Positions 37,669-50,664 of a stretch of DNA of 64,000 bases are shown one piece after another. The stretch is from Callorhinchus milii (lineage: Eukaryota): positions 36,334,001-36,398,000 of the forward strand of contig NW_024704742.1 in the NCBI RefSeq assembly GCF_018977255.1, read 5' to 3'. Made by a program: the position numbers and the translations under genes. The notes under the pieces were generated by a model. That model did not search any database. It was not told where the DNA came from and saw only the letters and a list, made by a program, of their open reading frames with translations. Position 1 is the stretch's first letter, and every line of letters begins with the position of its first letter.

Positions 37669-38798
37669 TTCCACAAATGGCTTCTCCTCCAGCCCCCGCA
37701 CTGACTCGTGCGGTGTCCCTCAGGGCTCTGTCCTCAGTCCCCTCCTCTTCACCCTCTATATGCTCCCCCTTGGTGATATCATCCGCAGACATGGGGTTAA
37801 CTTCCACATGTATGCGGGTAACACCCATCTTTCCTCCTCTACCCTCAACTCCACGACCACCGATGTCCTGACAGCTGCCTGTCTGACATCAAGTCCTGGA
37901 CGAGAGATAACTTTCTTCAGCTCAACGTGCGCAAAACTGAGGCCCTCCTGATTGGCTCACGTCAGCGCCTCCGCACCTCAGGCGCTGACAGCATCAGCAT
38001 CCAAGGCTGCACTCTCCACCTCTCAAAGTCAGTCAGGAACCTCGGGGTTCTGTTCGACCCTGAGCTGTCCTTTCTTACTCATATCCGCGCCACAACTGGC
38101 ACCGCCTTCCATCACCTCCGGAATATCGCCAGACTACGGCACTACCTCACCCCTCACGCTGCTGAAACTCTGGTCCACGCCTTTATCACCTCAAGGCTGG
38201 ACTATGGGAACTCTCTCCTCGCCGGCCTTCCCGCCACCTCCCTCCACAAGCTGCAGGTCATTCAGAACTCTGCAGCTCGTGTACTGTCCCGCACCAGGCT
38301 TCGGGACCACATCACTCCCACCCTCGCTCGCCTCCACTGGCTCCCCATCCCCCAGAGGATCGAATTCAAGATCCTCACCCTCACCTACAAGGCCATTCAC
38401 GGCCTCGCTCCCTCCTACCTCTCTGACCTACTATCCTCCTACTTACCTGCCCGTACCCTCCGTTCCTCTGGCTCCGGTCTGCTCCACATCCCCCGCCCCA
38501 ACCGCCCTACCATCGGTGGCCGGGCCTTCAGCCTCTCAGCCCCTATGCTCTGGAACTCCATCCCCCAGTGCCTTCACCTTGCTTCCTCCCTTTCCTCCTT
38601 CAAGGCCGGTCTCAAGACCTTTCTCTTTGACCGTGCCTTCAGCTCCCCTCTCGACTCTCTACCTCCTCCTCGCTCCCTCCCTTCCCTCACCCTGACCATT
38701 TCCCCCCAATGCTCGGGTCCTGACCCAACTGTACAGTGCCTTGGGACGTCCTCCCGACGTGAAAGGCACTCTATAAATGGAATCTTGTTGTTGTTGTT
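37669..38798 (+). mobile_element. L2-clade LINE, 5'-truncated, same subfamily as 9240-10470
   Basis: ORFs 37760-37951 and 37927-38892 nearly identical to those of the 9240-10470 copy; (GTT)n tail. Confidence 0.92.
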
Positions 38799-39390
38799 CC
38801 TGTGGTTAGAGCGGAAAGGCCAGTTTTGCTATTACCTTTTGTCTTTATTCCACGTCCTCTACTGGCAATTTGTACATGTGGTAGCTAAATGAGGAGAGGC
38901 TCAGGTCTGGCTGTGACACCCTCAGATCAGATATATAGGTTCCAAGTCCTGGTGAGAGGCTTGATCCCAAAACCTGACTCCTGATGTGCTACCAACTGAG
39001 CCAGGCTGACACACAAATTGGCTGCTGCGTTCACCTATAAATACAGTTACTACACTTCAAAGAGTTTTAGGGTAATTGCTATGTAGTATGTCGATTTAGA
39101 AGTTATAGGTGCTTTATCAAATGTAAGAAGAATTAGCTATATTTGCATTTTTACATATTTAAATACAGTAAACCCCCAGGGATCAGGAATTCAGAACTAA
39201 CCGGACTGGGCCTGAAACAATAATTCCCACAAAATGTACAGTCATTTCACTTTACAGAATATTCTGTGAAGCGCTTTGAGATGTCTTGAAGGCGTGATAA
39301 GGTGCTATATCAAATGCATGCATTATTATTATCCACATTAACTTGCATTTTGGTTTTAATATTTTGCCAGTAGGTGTATCCACTAATCTC

Positions 39391-39803
39391 AACAACAACA
39401 AGATTACATTTGTATAGCGCCTTTCACGTCAGGAGGACATCCCAAAGCGCTGGACAGTGTACAGCATTTCAGACCCGAGCTGGGGTTAGGGGGGGAGAAG
39501 GGAGGGGAAGGGGGGTGGCCGATGGCATGGTCGAAGAGGAGGGTCTTGAGGCGGGACTTGAAGGAGGCTAAGGAGGGGGAGAGGTGGAGTGACTGGGCGA
39601 TAGAATTCCAGAGGTTGGGGGCAGAGTGGCTGAAGGCTCTCCCGGCAATGGTGGGGCGGGTGAGTCGGGGGATGTGGAGCAGCCCGGAGATGGCTGAGCG
39701 GAGGGAACGGGTGGGTTGGTAGGGGCTTAGGAGGTCGCAGAGGTAGGGTGGGGTGAGGCCATGGAGGAATTCGTATGTGATGACCAGGATCTTGAACTGT
39801 ATC
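39391..39803 (-). mobile_element. L2 LINE 3' fragment (CDS1 intron 12)
   Basis: IQFKIL...HGLTPPYL...RAFSHSAPNLWNS; tail. Confidence 0.85.
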
Positions 39804-39895
39804 TCAAGTAGAACTATATTTAAAAAACACAAATGTAATACATGCAAGTGCAGTCGTGTATGTGTGTAATGTCTGTTTCATTCTGTCTTTCACAG

Positions 39896-40028
39896 AGGCC
39901 CAAACCCCAGCAAAGTTCTACAGCAACTATTAGTACTTCAACCAGAACAGCAGCTTCAAATCTATAACATGCTTAAATCACATCTGACTGATAAAGGCAT
40001 GCTTCAGCCAGCAATAAGTGAACAGTAA
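39896..40028 (+). CDS. CDS1: CDS1 terminal coding exon (GPNPSKVLQQLLVLQPEQQLQIYNMLKSHLTDKGMLQPAISEQ*)
   Basis: cacag|A GGC ...; TAA at 40026-40028. Confidence 0.95.
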
Positions 40029-42950
40029 TACTTGGTCCTTTTTTTTGTGTTGGAGTATTGAAAACTACTCGATTCCAAGCTGGGATGACTATCTTTTGAA
40101 ATTTCTGAAGTGCAGCAGGTTAACGTTGATGTTAGTCTTGATGCCTACCGTTGCTGTGTACTGAAGGTACTTGTATTCTGTAACACATTAACTTGGCAGC
40201 AGAAATGTAGATTTGGAAGTTTTAGATTTTAAATGTATCCAATAACATCTTCCAAGCTCAATATCCCTCAAATGGATGCCTTTGGATCCCAACTGTAGAT
40301 TCCGCTTGAAGTTAACATGTTAGAGTTATAATCTTTATACTGGTGACGGGGTTGAACTTGAATGTCTTATGCAACAATTACTTCTATAGGAGGTTGGTCC
40401 TGGTGTCCAAGTTGTAGTATTAGGATCAAATGATAGATACTTTCACTCCTTGAGAGCATGCACTGTATTGGGGGAATTGCACATATGTCTAGTAATGTTT
40501 ACTGCATCCGAACATAGGCATATACAATGGCGTAGATATCAGATTGTTCTAATATTGAAAGTAACTATAGTGTCTGCAAAATAGAGTGTTGGCTAACCAC
40601 TAGTCTTCAAACTCTGTTCTGTTCCTGTTCTGTATGAGAAATATGAGACGATGAAAGTTAATTTTGTTTGAGTTTGGAATGAGCTTTGTGGTTTAAAAGA
40701 AGCTTGAGTGTTTGCAGCGTGATTAAAATCAATGATCTGTGAGAGTTACCCTTATTTCAGGTAGCATGGCACTAAGTGTATATAATCTGTAAGTATATAG
40801 ATATATAGATGCAAGTCTGTAATAAATTGTAATAATTTCTAAACATGAATGTATTTGAGAAACTGAAGAACAATTTGAAATTTAGATTATGCTGTGAAGA
40901 CCAGAGGAATTTAATTTTCTATAGCATGTATAATTTGATAAATCACAGATGAAGATGAACATTCACTAAGTTAAAGTGGAAGGTGCAAGATGGTGATTTA
41001 TATGAAGTAAGTTATCTTGCTTTACATAAAGTAAGGTACCTTTTAGGGAGTTCAACTCGTTTTGCTCATTTTACTAAAATATACATATATATATAGTAGC
41101 ATAGACTGTATATTTTGAGCTCATTGACTATTTGTTCTGTGGTACTTCAACAAGATGGTATACCTTTCATTGACCAATCTTGCTGCATTATAATAGTACA
41201 CAACATATGTCTATTGTATTATGTTACACTGTTAAAAGATCCTGTTCATCGTATTGTTTAATATTCTAAAGGAGGTTCAATTGTTTTCTGTTTTTTCCCA
41301 GTTACATTGATAAATTTTAAAAACTACAATTAATTCCCAATCTAATTGACTTGCTTTTATATACAGTTTGTTCATATGCTGCAAGTTTTACATTTTATTG
41401 AAGAAACAATATTAAGATGATATTTTGCTGCAAACAGAAAATAGATTGTCATCCAGAAGGCATTTAGCTTGAAATCAACAACAAATTACATTTGTATAGC
41501 GCCTTTCACGTTGCCTGTGACAAGGTGCAAATAAACTATTACACAATTGATGCAATTATTTTTAAATTAAGTATGAATAGTTTCTGTAATTTAAGTATTT
41601 TTAAAAACTCTTGCCAATTTTTATTTTAAGATGTTAGAGGGTATTTAAATCTGATTACTGTGGACAATCCAACAATTTAAATGATCCTTTCCACCAGAGG
41701 CTCTTGAATAACAGGCTTCAGTTACACTTTAAGAGCATGAACTGCGGGGTTTAATTGCATCCTTTATGTATCAATGAAGAGAATACCTTCTTGTGATCCT
41801 TTGTCTGCATGAAGATCAGCAAACATATTAACATATTGTCAACAAATGCATGTCATGAATTCTGGTGTCAAAAATGCTATATTTCCAAACCCAGATGTGT
41901 TGTGTTAATTGCAACAAATCTACTTTACATTATTTGTATTTTAGATCCCATCCTTCATGCTTTTTTCAGTAGTGGTAGACTGCAGTAACTTGCGGTTAAT
42001 TTACATGTTACTTTGCACTGCCAATTTTTTCTGTCAAAGGCTTAATAAGCTTTCTTGTGAAAGTTTCTGTACAGATCATCTGCCTTTGGTACGTGAAGCC
42101 AGTCTACCAACATTTTTTCCAGAGATTATCTTAAGTTTTTCTTTAAGTTTAAATATGTCTTACTAATGGGACCCTGTGAGAAGCCTAGAATCCCTTTATA
42201 AAAGGTCTTATTCATTTTTGATCATTCTTATAATCAAAAGGAAATTAGAATTTTAATGATTTATATCTTTATTGATACAGATTGCAAACTATCTTATGTT
42301 TAAATTAAACAGGAAATTATTCAAACTTGGTGAACATTTGACTCCATTACTCAAAACTCCCCAGTTAATACAGATTATAGATTTGAATGTGCTAACTCTG
42401 ATTGTGTGGCGCATTTGGTCTGAAAGCATCTTCCTGGAAGCATTAATACTCTATAGAATTTAAATTGTTCTGGTTTTGTTTGATTTGCTGCTATTTCTAA
42501 ATTCGTTAAGGTACATTTGCAGTGCCTCAGTACCTATTTTATGTTCAAAATGTAATTTCACTCTAAATTATACTCTATCCTTGGCTTGTCTTAATTCAAA
42601 ACTATTAAAACATGCATGTTTCAAGACATTTTCAGAATCTTGATGGATAAAGTCCATTATTTATATTTTTGAGTGTATATTGTCTGATAGTTTAAAATTG
42701 AAAAAAAAATTGTAAGAACATTATTTTATCAGGGAGTTTCACTAAATCATTTCAGTAGATTTGTTAATTAAGGTAAGTTATTTTGATATTAACCAGTTAT
42801 GGAGTAGTTAAACTTTAATTGTTGAACATAATTAAAGCATTTTGTGTAAAAATAGTTAAGTGTTGCAGAATCATAATGACCAGAAGATGATCTTTGATTC
42901 CTGTTAACTACTGATTAGTTAAATGAATAAATATTTTTGTTAAATTGTCA
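40029..42950 (+). other. CDS1: Putative CDS1 3' UTR with candidate poly(A) signals (AATAAA at 40821 and 42926)
   Basis: AT-rich, nearly repeat-free sequence after the stop; the end point is inferred from the hexamer only. Confidence 0.5.
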
Positions 42951-44175
42951 TTTCTCAAGGATATAAGCAAGAGTATTGTATTGTACTTTGCAAGTGGAAA
43001 TTCTGCACGTGTATAATTCATAACTACTAGTTTCATCATCGTTCCAGAGTTTCCTGGCAGAATCAATTCTTAAAGCAATGCTCTCAAATCATTTGGTCAA
43101 CACTATTAATTGCAAGATTGTGACACTTTATCTGCTACAAAACAAGCATTTTTTATGCTATTTTGCAGGCCTAAGCTATCAAAATTGCAGGAAACATGTG
43201 AGCTCTGTGCCCATACTGGACTGTGTTCCGGATGTGCTGCTGGGTGGAGGCAGCAAGTGAAAAGCATCATCCCACAATGCTCTTTAATGAAGTATGAATT
43301 TCCTGACCTAATGAACAAATTCTGTATCTTCTCCACCTCTTATTTAAGCATAATGCAAGTAAGTATGTGCTAAATTTGCAGGTTGCACTACTTTTCGATT
43401 TAGATGGAAAGAACAAATGCATATTTTTATAGTGTCTTCACATTGAAGTCATTGTTTTTGTAGGCACTACTTTTTTAAACAAAAAGTTGTAACTTTTCAC
43501 CCCCCCTCCCCCCCCCCCGCTCCATTTTATTAAAAAATAGACAGACAACTTGCTGCCAGATGTCTCCCAAAAAGTCTTCATCCAGCTGCAAACAGCATCC
43601 CAGGCTGACTCCCTTTCCATCTATTTCTCCAAATGCACATTTAAAAATGAAATGATTTTTTGATGGCACCTGTAGAACCCCATTGGAATGCAGGCTTGCC
43701 GAGGACCAGCCTTGGGTGGCTTCCCACACTAAAACAATGAGTGATTTCAGGCCACCCTGTTGCTTCTCACACACTAGGCATAGGAAGTGACAGCAGTGAT
43801 GAGCTCATAGCTGGAAATCAGATGTTTTTAGCACAGGAAAAGTCAGTCAACTTCCTGCACCATATTGCTGACTGTGTGTGTGATCATACCCTGTGGGGAT
43901 TTTATAGTCCCTTGACTATCCTGTTATAACTGGGCGCTACTGTATGTTGCAGATATAGATAGATACACTGTAAATATTGGCTAAACTGTTAAATGCAGCC
44001 TATGCACATTACTCTCAGACTCCTTGAGAAGATTTAATCCTCAAACTGTATTTTAAAAAATAGCCTTGAAGCCATACATATGTGGAACACTCAATAATTT
44101 GCTTTGCAGACACTTAAACACAGTGATGAATGTATGTGTGTTATCAGACACAGTTGACCAAAGAAAATAATATGG

Positions 44176-44757
44176 ACAACAACAACAAATTACATTTATG
44201 CAGCACCTTTAACGTTGGGAGGACGTCCCAAGGCGCTGGACAGTCGGGTTGGGATCCGAGCATGGGAGAGGGATGGGGTAGGGGTGAGGGAAGGTAGAGG
44301 TGCGAGGGCGACCGAAGGCACGATTGAAGACGAGGGACTTGAAGGAGGCAAGGGAGGAAGTGAGGTGAAGGGACTGTGGGATTGAGTTCCAGAGTGTGGG
44401 GGCAGAGAGGCTGAAAGCCCGGCCACCGATGGTAGGGCGGGAGACATGGAGCAGGCCAGAGCCTGATGAACGGAGGGAGCGGGCAGGTTGGTAGGGAGTC
44501 AGCAGGTCAGCGAGGTAGGAGGGGGCAAGGCCATGGATGGCCTCAAAGGTGAGGACGATGATCTTCAACGCGATCCTCTGGGGGATGGGGAGCCAGTGGA
44601 GTCGGGCGAGGGTGGAAGTGATGGGTTCGCAGATCCTGGTGCGTGAGAGTGCACGAGCTGCAGAGTTTTGGATGATCTGCAGCTTGTGAAGGGAAGAGTT
44701 GGGAAGGCCGATGAGGAGGGAGTTTCTGTAATCGAGCCTTGATGTGACGAATGCATG
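44176..44757 (-). mobile_element. L2 LINE 3' fragment (intergenic)
   Basis: ORF 44209-44778 with HAFVTSRLDY...LHWLPIPQRI; tail. Confidence 0.88.
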
Positions 44758-44945
44758 ATACATTATTGAACAAAACACAGCTTTCTTAGGACTCTCAACG
44801 CTGCTGTGATATTCTCTGGACTAAAACTTGTGGCAGGTGTAACATCAGACTCGTATAATTGTGCCTCCAGCATTGTAGTTGTACTTCTGAAATTTCATGG
44901 CAGCAGGACTCCATTATAATGTGTTTGCTGTTGAAGCCAACAGTA

Positions 44946-45258
44946 AGTCCTGTAGCTCAGTGGTTAGAGCACTCGCTTTGCAAGCGAGAAACCTGAGTTC
45001 AGTTCCAGACAGGGCGAAACCTTGGGCAAGTTTCCTTACTCCACACACAGCCTAATAATAATCCCTCCAAAACCAGAAACAATAATAAATTGGTCATTTT
45101 CAATCTACGACTGTGTGGGACATTGCTGTGCACAATTGGCTGCCGCGTTCGCCCACAAATATACAGTCAATTCACTTTACAGTGTTCTGTGAAGTGCTTT
45201 GCGACGTCCTCCCGACGTGAAAAGCGCTATATCAAATGCAAGGATTATTATTATTATT
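44946..45258 (+). mobile_element. tRNA-derived SINE, short form, with LINE-type loop in its tail
   Basis: Head retains the CTCGC-TTTGCAA-GCGAG anticodon arm; tail has ACGTC-CTCCC-GACGT. Confidence 0.9.
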
Positions 45259-47769
45259 AAGTTGCATTACGTAGGTTGGTGTCTCGGAGTGCACAAACTA
45301 TTGGATTTTTGTTAGCATTTTCTAAATTGGGCCATCCAAGCCACCATCGCAAAAACATGTCTGACTTGTAGGTTATCAGGTCATCCTTAGCATCTACTTA
45401 TGTGCGGCAGGCGAGCAGACAGTGCGGAAATGCTGCTAATGTCATAACTCTGTGCATTGTAGTGGAAGTGCTGTTTGTGTCACTTTGCAAAGGAAAGAAG
45501 TCAAAATGTGTTGATGTAGATATTTTTCTGAACCGGTGAAATGGTATCCATTCATTGAAGTATCACAGACACTCCATTTACACTACTGTTTTCATTAAAT
45601 GAAGTGGACCACTCCAAAGCATTCTACAGGAGCAATAATGCCAGGTTTTGCATTTCAGCACAAGTTTGCTAATTCTGCTGTATGTTCCTATTTCATATAA
45701 AATGTATAAACATCACAAAACTAATTATGTTACTTTGTTGATACGCGATGGGAGTTTGTAACTGCACTGAATGGGGTTTCTTAGCTAAATAAAATGATTG
45801 TGAAATATTATTTGCAATATTGCTTCTCAAGTGTGTTAATAATTGAATAGCTATGAATGAAGACAACCAACAAAAAGGTTGCTATTGTATTTTGTCAATT
45901 AGTGAAGTAATAATGATGCAGGTTGAACATTTTCTAACTTCTCTGATAAGTAATGCAACATAAAACATACACAACAGTGAAACGGAACATACAGTACTAT
46001 TCCTTAGAAAACCTGTTCCTTCTTATATGCTACTTATTTTCGTTGAACTTGAATCTTTTTTTCACGTGGCCAAATGACAGTAATTAAACAGCCGAAATCT
46101 AATCAGAAAAATTGTGAAGCAGTTCATTTGAAATAAAATACTTATTAACGCAATGCAGAATTATATACTGGGCTTTAAAATCATACCATTGACAAGTTAT
46201 ACTATTGACTGTATTCGTCTTATTCTGGTGTGAATAATGTCAACAAAGTAATTGGGAAATTTATTTTTCCATCCCCATCTGCCACCCGACGGTTTTACAG
46301 GAAAATCCAAGATTAATTTTGTAGTTAATGCAAAGGCTGTACACTGCTGCCTGAAACAAAAAGGTAAGGCAGATGCCTTTAAAGGCGATTTATATTCACA
46401 AAATAAAACTCCATTTTATTCTGAGGTCTTGTCAAACATTAGAAGTTACGAGGGAGATGGTTCTAAAAATCCAGTGAAAATCATGATTTTGGAAAAATAA
46501 GAATTCAAAACAAGCTGCATACTAACAAAACATTTGTGTTATTGACAAATATTGCTATTTATCTGCATCAATTGGACTGGCCCCATTACTTCTTGTGTGT
46601 ATACTTGGACATTAAGCATTTTACAAACTGACTATAGTGCTCACTTAAAAACTCTAGTTTTGCTCTAGCTTTCAGCTTTCCTTCAAACCTTTCATCTGGC
46701 CTTTAAGTCCCCGTCCACCTTTGCTTTTCCCCAGCATAGCTGAAATGCTCAAGACACCATTGTCATCGTCAAGCTAAATGCTCTGACCCCTGAGCTCAAC
46801 TTTCTAAAGACGACCATATAAACTCCATATCTAGTATCGAATCCCACATGAGGCTCCACAAGTCTATCACCCCCCCACTCAGTTTTTGTACAATTCTGAG
46901 ATATTCTCGCAACGTGAAAGGTGCTATAAGTGTAAACTTGTAATTGCTGCCCAATTTTACTCAAAATGTTACTGCCTGTTCATTAAATCAATAAAATATG
47001 AATTTAAAAAATCACTTTTCCTGTCTCTGAATAAAATTCATCCAGAAGCAGAGTGTGATATTTCTGGATTTTTCAGCACGCAGCTGCTTATCCCTGATCT
47101 AAGCGAACATGCTAGTGCACCTTTGAGGCAGTGCTGCATTGGCAAATGTACAACTATCCTTCAGATGAGATCTGTTCCAAAGATGACTGGTAAAGGTTCC
47201 ATGACACTATACAAAGAGAGATGGGAGTTTCTTCCATATACAATAGCAAGTCTTATAGCCACACCAATTAGGACGTTTACTTTGAGTGTGTGTTCGCTCA
47301 CGAATCTCGAACTTGCCTGGGTCAGATCTGTTGATCAATTGTTTCTGATTTAGTTTCGTCCCTTTAAACTGATAGTCCTGAACACTTAGTGTTTTACTGC
47401 AGATCACAGACTTCACAGCTTCCAGTTTGATGTTTTAAAAGCTTAGCATCATGTTCTGTTGAACCAAATTAAAACTAAGCACTCTTGAATATAGCACACA
47501 AGAGCTCCTGCTGACACTTCATCCAAATTCACATCACCCAACTGTTGAATGTTAACTTGATGCAAAAGTTCAAAATTAAATTATAAATATTATAGAACCA
47601 CAATGTTTTGGAACCTTGGAGGTTGTGCAAGGCGCACATGGGACAAAGTAGAGTACTGAATGATCTGCACGATTTACGCAAAGGTAAAACATTTCTGTAT
47701 TTCATCAAAGGAAGAGTAACTTTAATCAATACACTTAGTCAAACTGGTCTTAAAATAGCAAGCAAGCAA

Positions 47770-50543
47770 CATTGGTGGTAAATAGCAGGTATTTATTTAA
47801 ATGAAAAAAGATTTAGTACCAGGACTCGTCTCTATTGCATTAGTTACATATGTATTTTGTGTGACTGTAGCTCTTTTGCATTAAGGACAAATATACAATG
47901 AACATTCAGATACCACAGTTTACACACTAGTATAATGCATCAGTCTAGCACATGAACCACCAAAACAAGGATTTCAGTTCTCATATACAGTACAAAAATC
48001 CCACTCCAGTTCAGCCAGTTTTCTTCATTTCATTTTCATTACTGTACAGATATTGGTCTTTTTCGGGACAGGAAGGGAACAAGAAATTTGTTAATATATT
48101 AAACACAACAAAAGGTGGAAACAATATACATGTTACTGACACAAAAAGTCAGCTGTGTTAATCATGCAACAAGTAACAAAACTTGCTGAAATTAAAATAC
48201 TTCAAAAACAGTATAATTGCATAAATATTATACAGTTCATTTACTGTAAAGAAATGTGTCTTTAAAATGAGAGAAAAATGTTTATGATAAAATGATTCCT
48301 ACCAGTTTTATACACAATAGCAAGGTGCAAAATAATTAAGTTTTAGTATCAATATTGATCAGGTGCTGCCAATAGACAGCAGGCCTTACTTTTGAAAGCA
48401 TGACAGTATAAATTGCACACTACATAATACAGATAACGTACACATGAACAAGGGGAAAAGGGAGGATGAACATGTTAGCTAGGCACAAAGAGTATACTTG
48501 CTACGACATGACTACTCTAAGTGCTTGTTACAGATTATGATATAGTAAGTGTTGATACGTCGCATCACAATTTTACACAGAAAACATAAGTTACATTTTA
48601 AACAGAAATATCAGTCACTCCTTGGAAAGGATTCATTGCATTAGAAGTAGCATTCAATGCAAAAGCATTGTTGCCCACAGTACCACTGCACTTGGGGAAA
48701 TGGCTTTAAAACAGCCAATGAATCCATGAACTACAGTCAAATCTGATTCCCAAAGAACCTTCACCACATTTAAAGTGTTGAATAACTAGTCATTCCATCA
48801 CCTCAGTAAATGTAGTTATGGAAAACAACATGAATAGTAGCATATTGTTTTTGACAGCTAATCTAAAATACTGAGGTAAATTGTGCTCGTGAGATTTGAC
48901 TGTAGTAGTTCTTTACTATAATGTCCTGTGGCTTTTCAGAAATGAAAACCTGGAGCAGGTTAACACTGGAGTGTCACTTCAGTGGTCAGAATCCTGAAGC
49001 GTGGAACTGACTGGTACGATACAACAATCACATTGACTCGCAACAAACTTAACCATCTAAACAACTGGAAATCACCTTTTCTTTAAATAAATTCATTGCA
49101 TCGTTATTTACTGATCATTTGGACATTACATAAAATCGCTGTAGTGTTTTGCTGATGTATTGTTCTCATTTTGATAAATCAAGCCTAAAACCTTGACTTT
49201 AGTTTTGAGAATGCAGCATGGATATATTTCAAGGTTTTAGTTAATGATTGCTACCACAAGGTGTGCTCTTGTGTCTGTAACATCAATTTCTAACATAAGT
49301 AATTTATTTTTAACTGCTAAGCAACTAACTGTAATATAACTTATTATGCCCACACATTGAGAGCAATACTGAGTTTATAATTCGCTGCTCTCGAGTATAT
49401 TGACAGCATATTGTAAACAGCTTGGACATGGTAGAAAAGGCATCTGGTCAGAAAACAAGAGCGGGCATTCATTTTTATACTGCCGTAAATGCAGCATAGC
49501 AAGCTTTGTGGAACTGAAGCTAATGGTAAGGAAGTCTCCAGCCTCTGCTTTTTTAAAAAGATGATTTTCTTGCCTCCTGCTCCCCCTCGAAGCATACAAA
49601 CACAAACAAAACTCTAGTATCATGGTAGTGCAATCCTAAAAGGATTGCTTGCATTCGCAACCACAGTTACTAGTCCTATTGCTCCTCATAAAGACGTGAT
49701 TAAATAATGGTTTGATAAGAGAATGTAACTAGTGTTACAGTAATCTAACACCCCCAGGTACATTTCTAATTAGTATATTCCAAATACCATGGGGATGCTT
49801 TCTTGGACATAAATTGATGCAACACAAGGGCTGGTTTGAATCTGCTGCAAACTCCTCCCTTTTTCTTTGATACTGTGGGCTTCTGCAGTAGAGTATACTT
49901 AGTAAACAAATACAACTCACAAATCCATTATATCTTGATCCAAACAATAATTAACAAAAATCCAAGGTTATTAATGCAGTTGGTAATGATGAGTGTTCCG
50001 ATTAGTTTTTGCACATACACTTTCTTTTAACGCCTAAAACAGTTACTGAATGGTACTGGACACACTACTATTGATTTCTTAAATCACACAAATAGTGGTT
50101 AGTTGGACTTTCTGTAACAGGCAATTCAGACGTTTCTCTTGTTAAAAAGGCCATTAAACTATTTACACTATAAACAAATGGGATTCTTGCAGTGATGACA
50201 GATTTACATCTAAAATCGTACAAGCCAATGGTTTTATGATTATGGGCAACATCAGCAAGATGCTTGAGGGATGGTTTTACGTCTAGAATTACCAAAATCA
50301 TACTCTCAGCACATTCCAGAACATCCAAACCATTTATGATTCAGATAAAGAGGAGATGAGCACATTATAATGGGAGGCGAATGATCCCTTTCTATTCAGT
50401 ATATTACAGTGCTTCAACACAGTACAAAGAAATATCATGTAAACTATTTTTTCTTCCTTTTTTTTGCAACAAAACGTTTCCTTTTGCATAAAATCTTTTC
50501 AATCAGCTAGAGTAACAATGCTGCTACTAAGCAGTCAGTGACA
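47770..50543 (-). other. WDFY3: Putative WDFY3 3' UTR (about 2.8 kb), candidate AATAAA at 47797-47792
   Basis: Repeat-free AT-rich stretch after the stop, in contrast to the repeat-dense introns; the end is inferred. Confidence 0.55.
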
Positions 50544-50664
50544 CTAGTTCCTGGAGTTCTCCTCAGCCCCCCTCTCCTGCTGCAGGTTGTAATAACAATT
50601 CTGACAGACACGCACGGGCGAAGAGATTTTCAAACGTCGGATTTCAGACTGAAATCTACTGCAC
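50544..50664 (-). CDS. WDFY3: WDFY3 terminal coding exon, FYVE C-half (CSRFQSEIRRLKISSPVRVCQNCYYNLQQERGAEENSRN*)
   Basis: gcag|G TGC ...; TAG at 50546-50544. Confidence 0.96.

Larger units (their letters stand above)
21367..40028 (+). other. CDS1: CDS1 gene, coding exons 2-13 (phosphatidate cytidylyltransferase 1); exon 1 not found in window
   Basis: 12 exons splice in frame into a protein with [20 protein letters not shown] and [24 protein letters not shown] (CTP_transf_1 signature). The CDS1-type C-terminus GPNPSKVLQQLLVLQPEQQL and adjacency to WDFY3 favour CDS1 over CDS2. Confidence 0.95.

Noticed and set aside
37927..38892. 321-aa ORF, the longest in the track, and its overlapping Ser/Pro-rich alternative-frame ORFs
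   Set aside because: It is the C-terminal part of a truncated L2 ORF2 reading through the tail. The alternative frames are by-products of C-rich codon usage.
44946..45016. tRNA-Ala(TGC)-like cloverleaf (similar heads at 3317, 4468, 4778, 6984, 17510-17580, 54185-54255)
   Set aside because: Each continues directly into a SINE body and tail and has a damaged T arm or acceptor stem. These are SINE heads, not tRNA genes.
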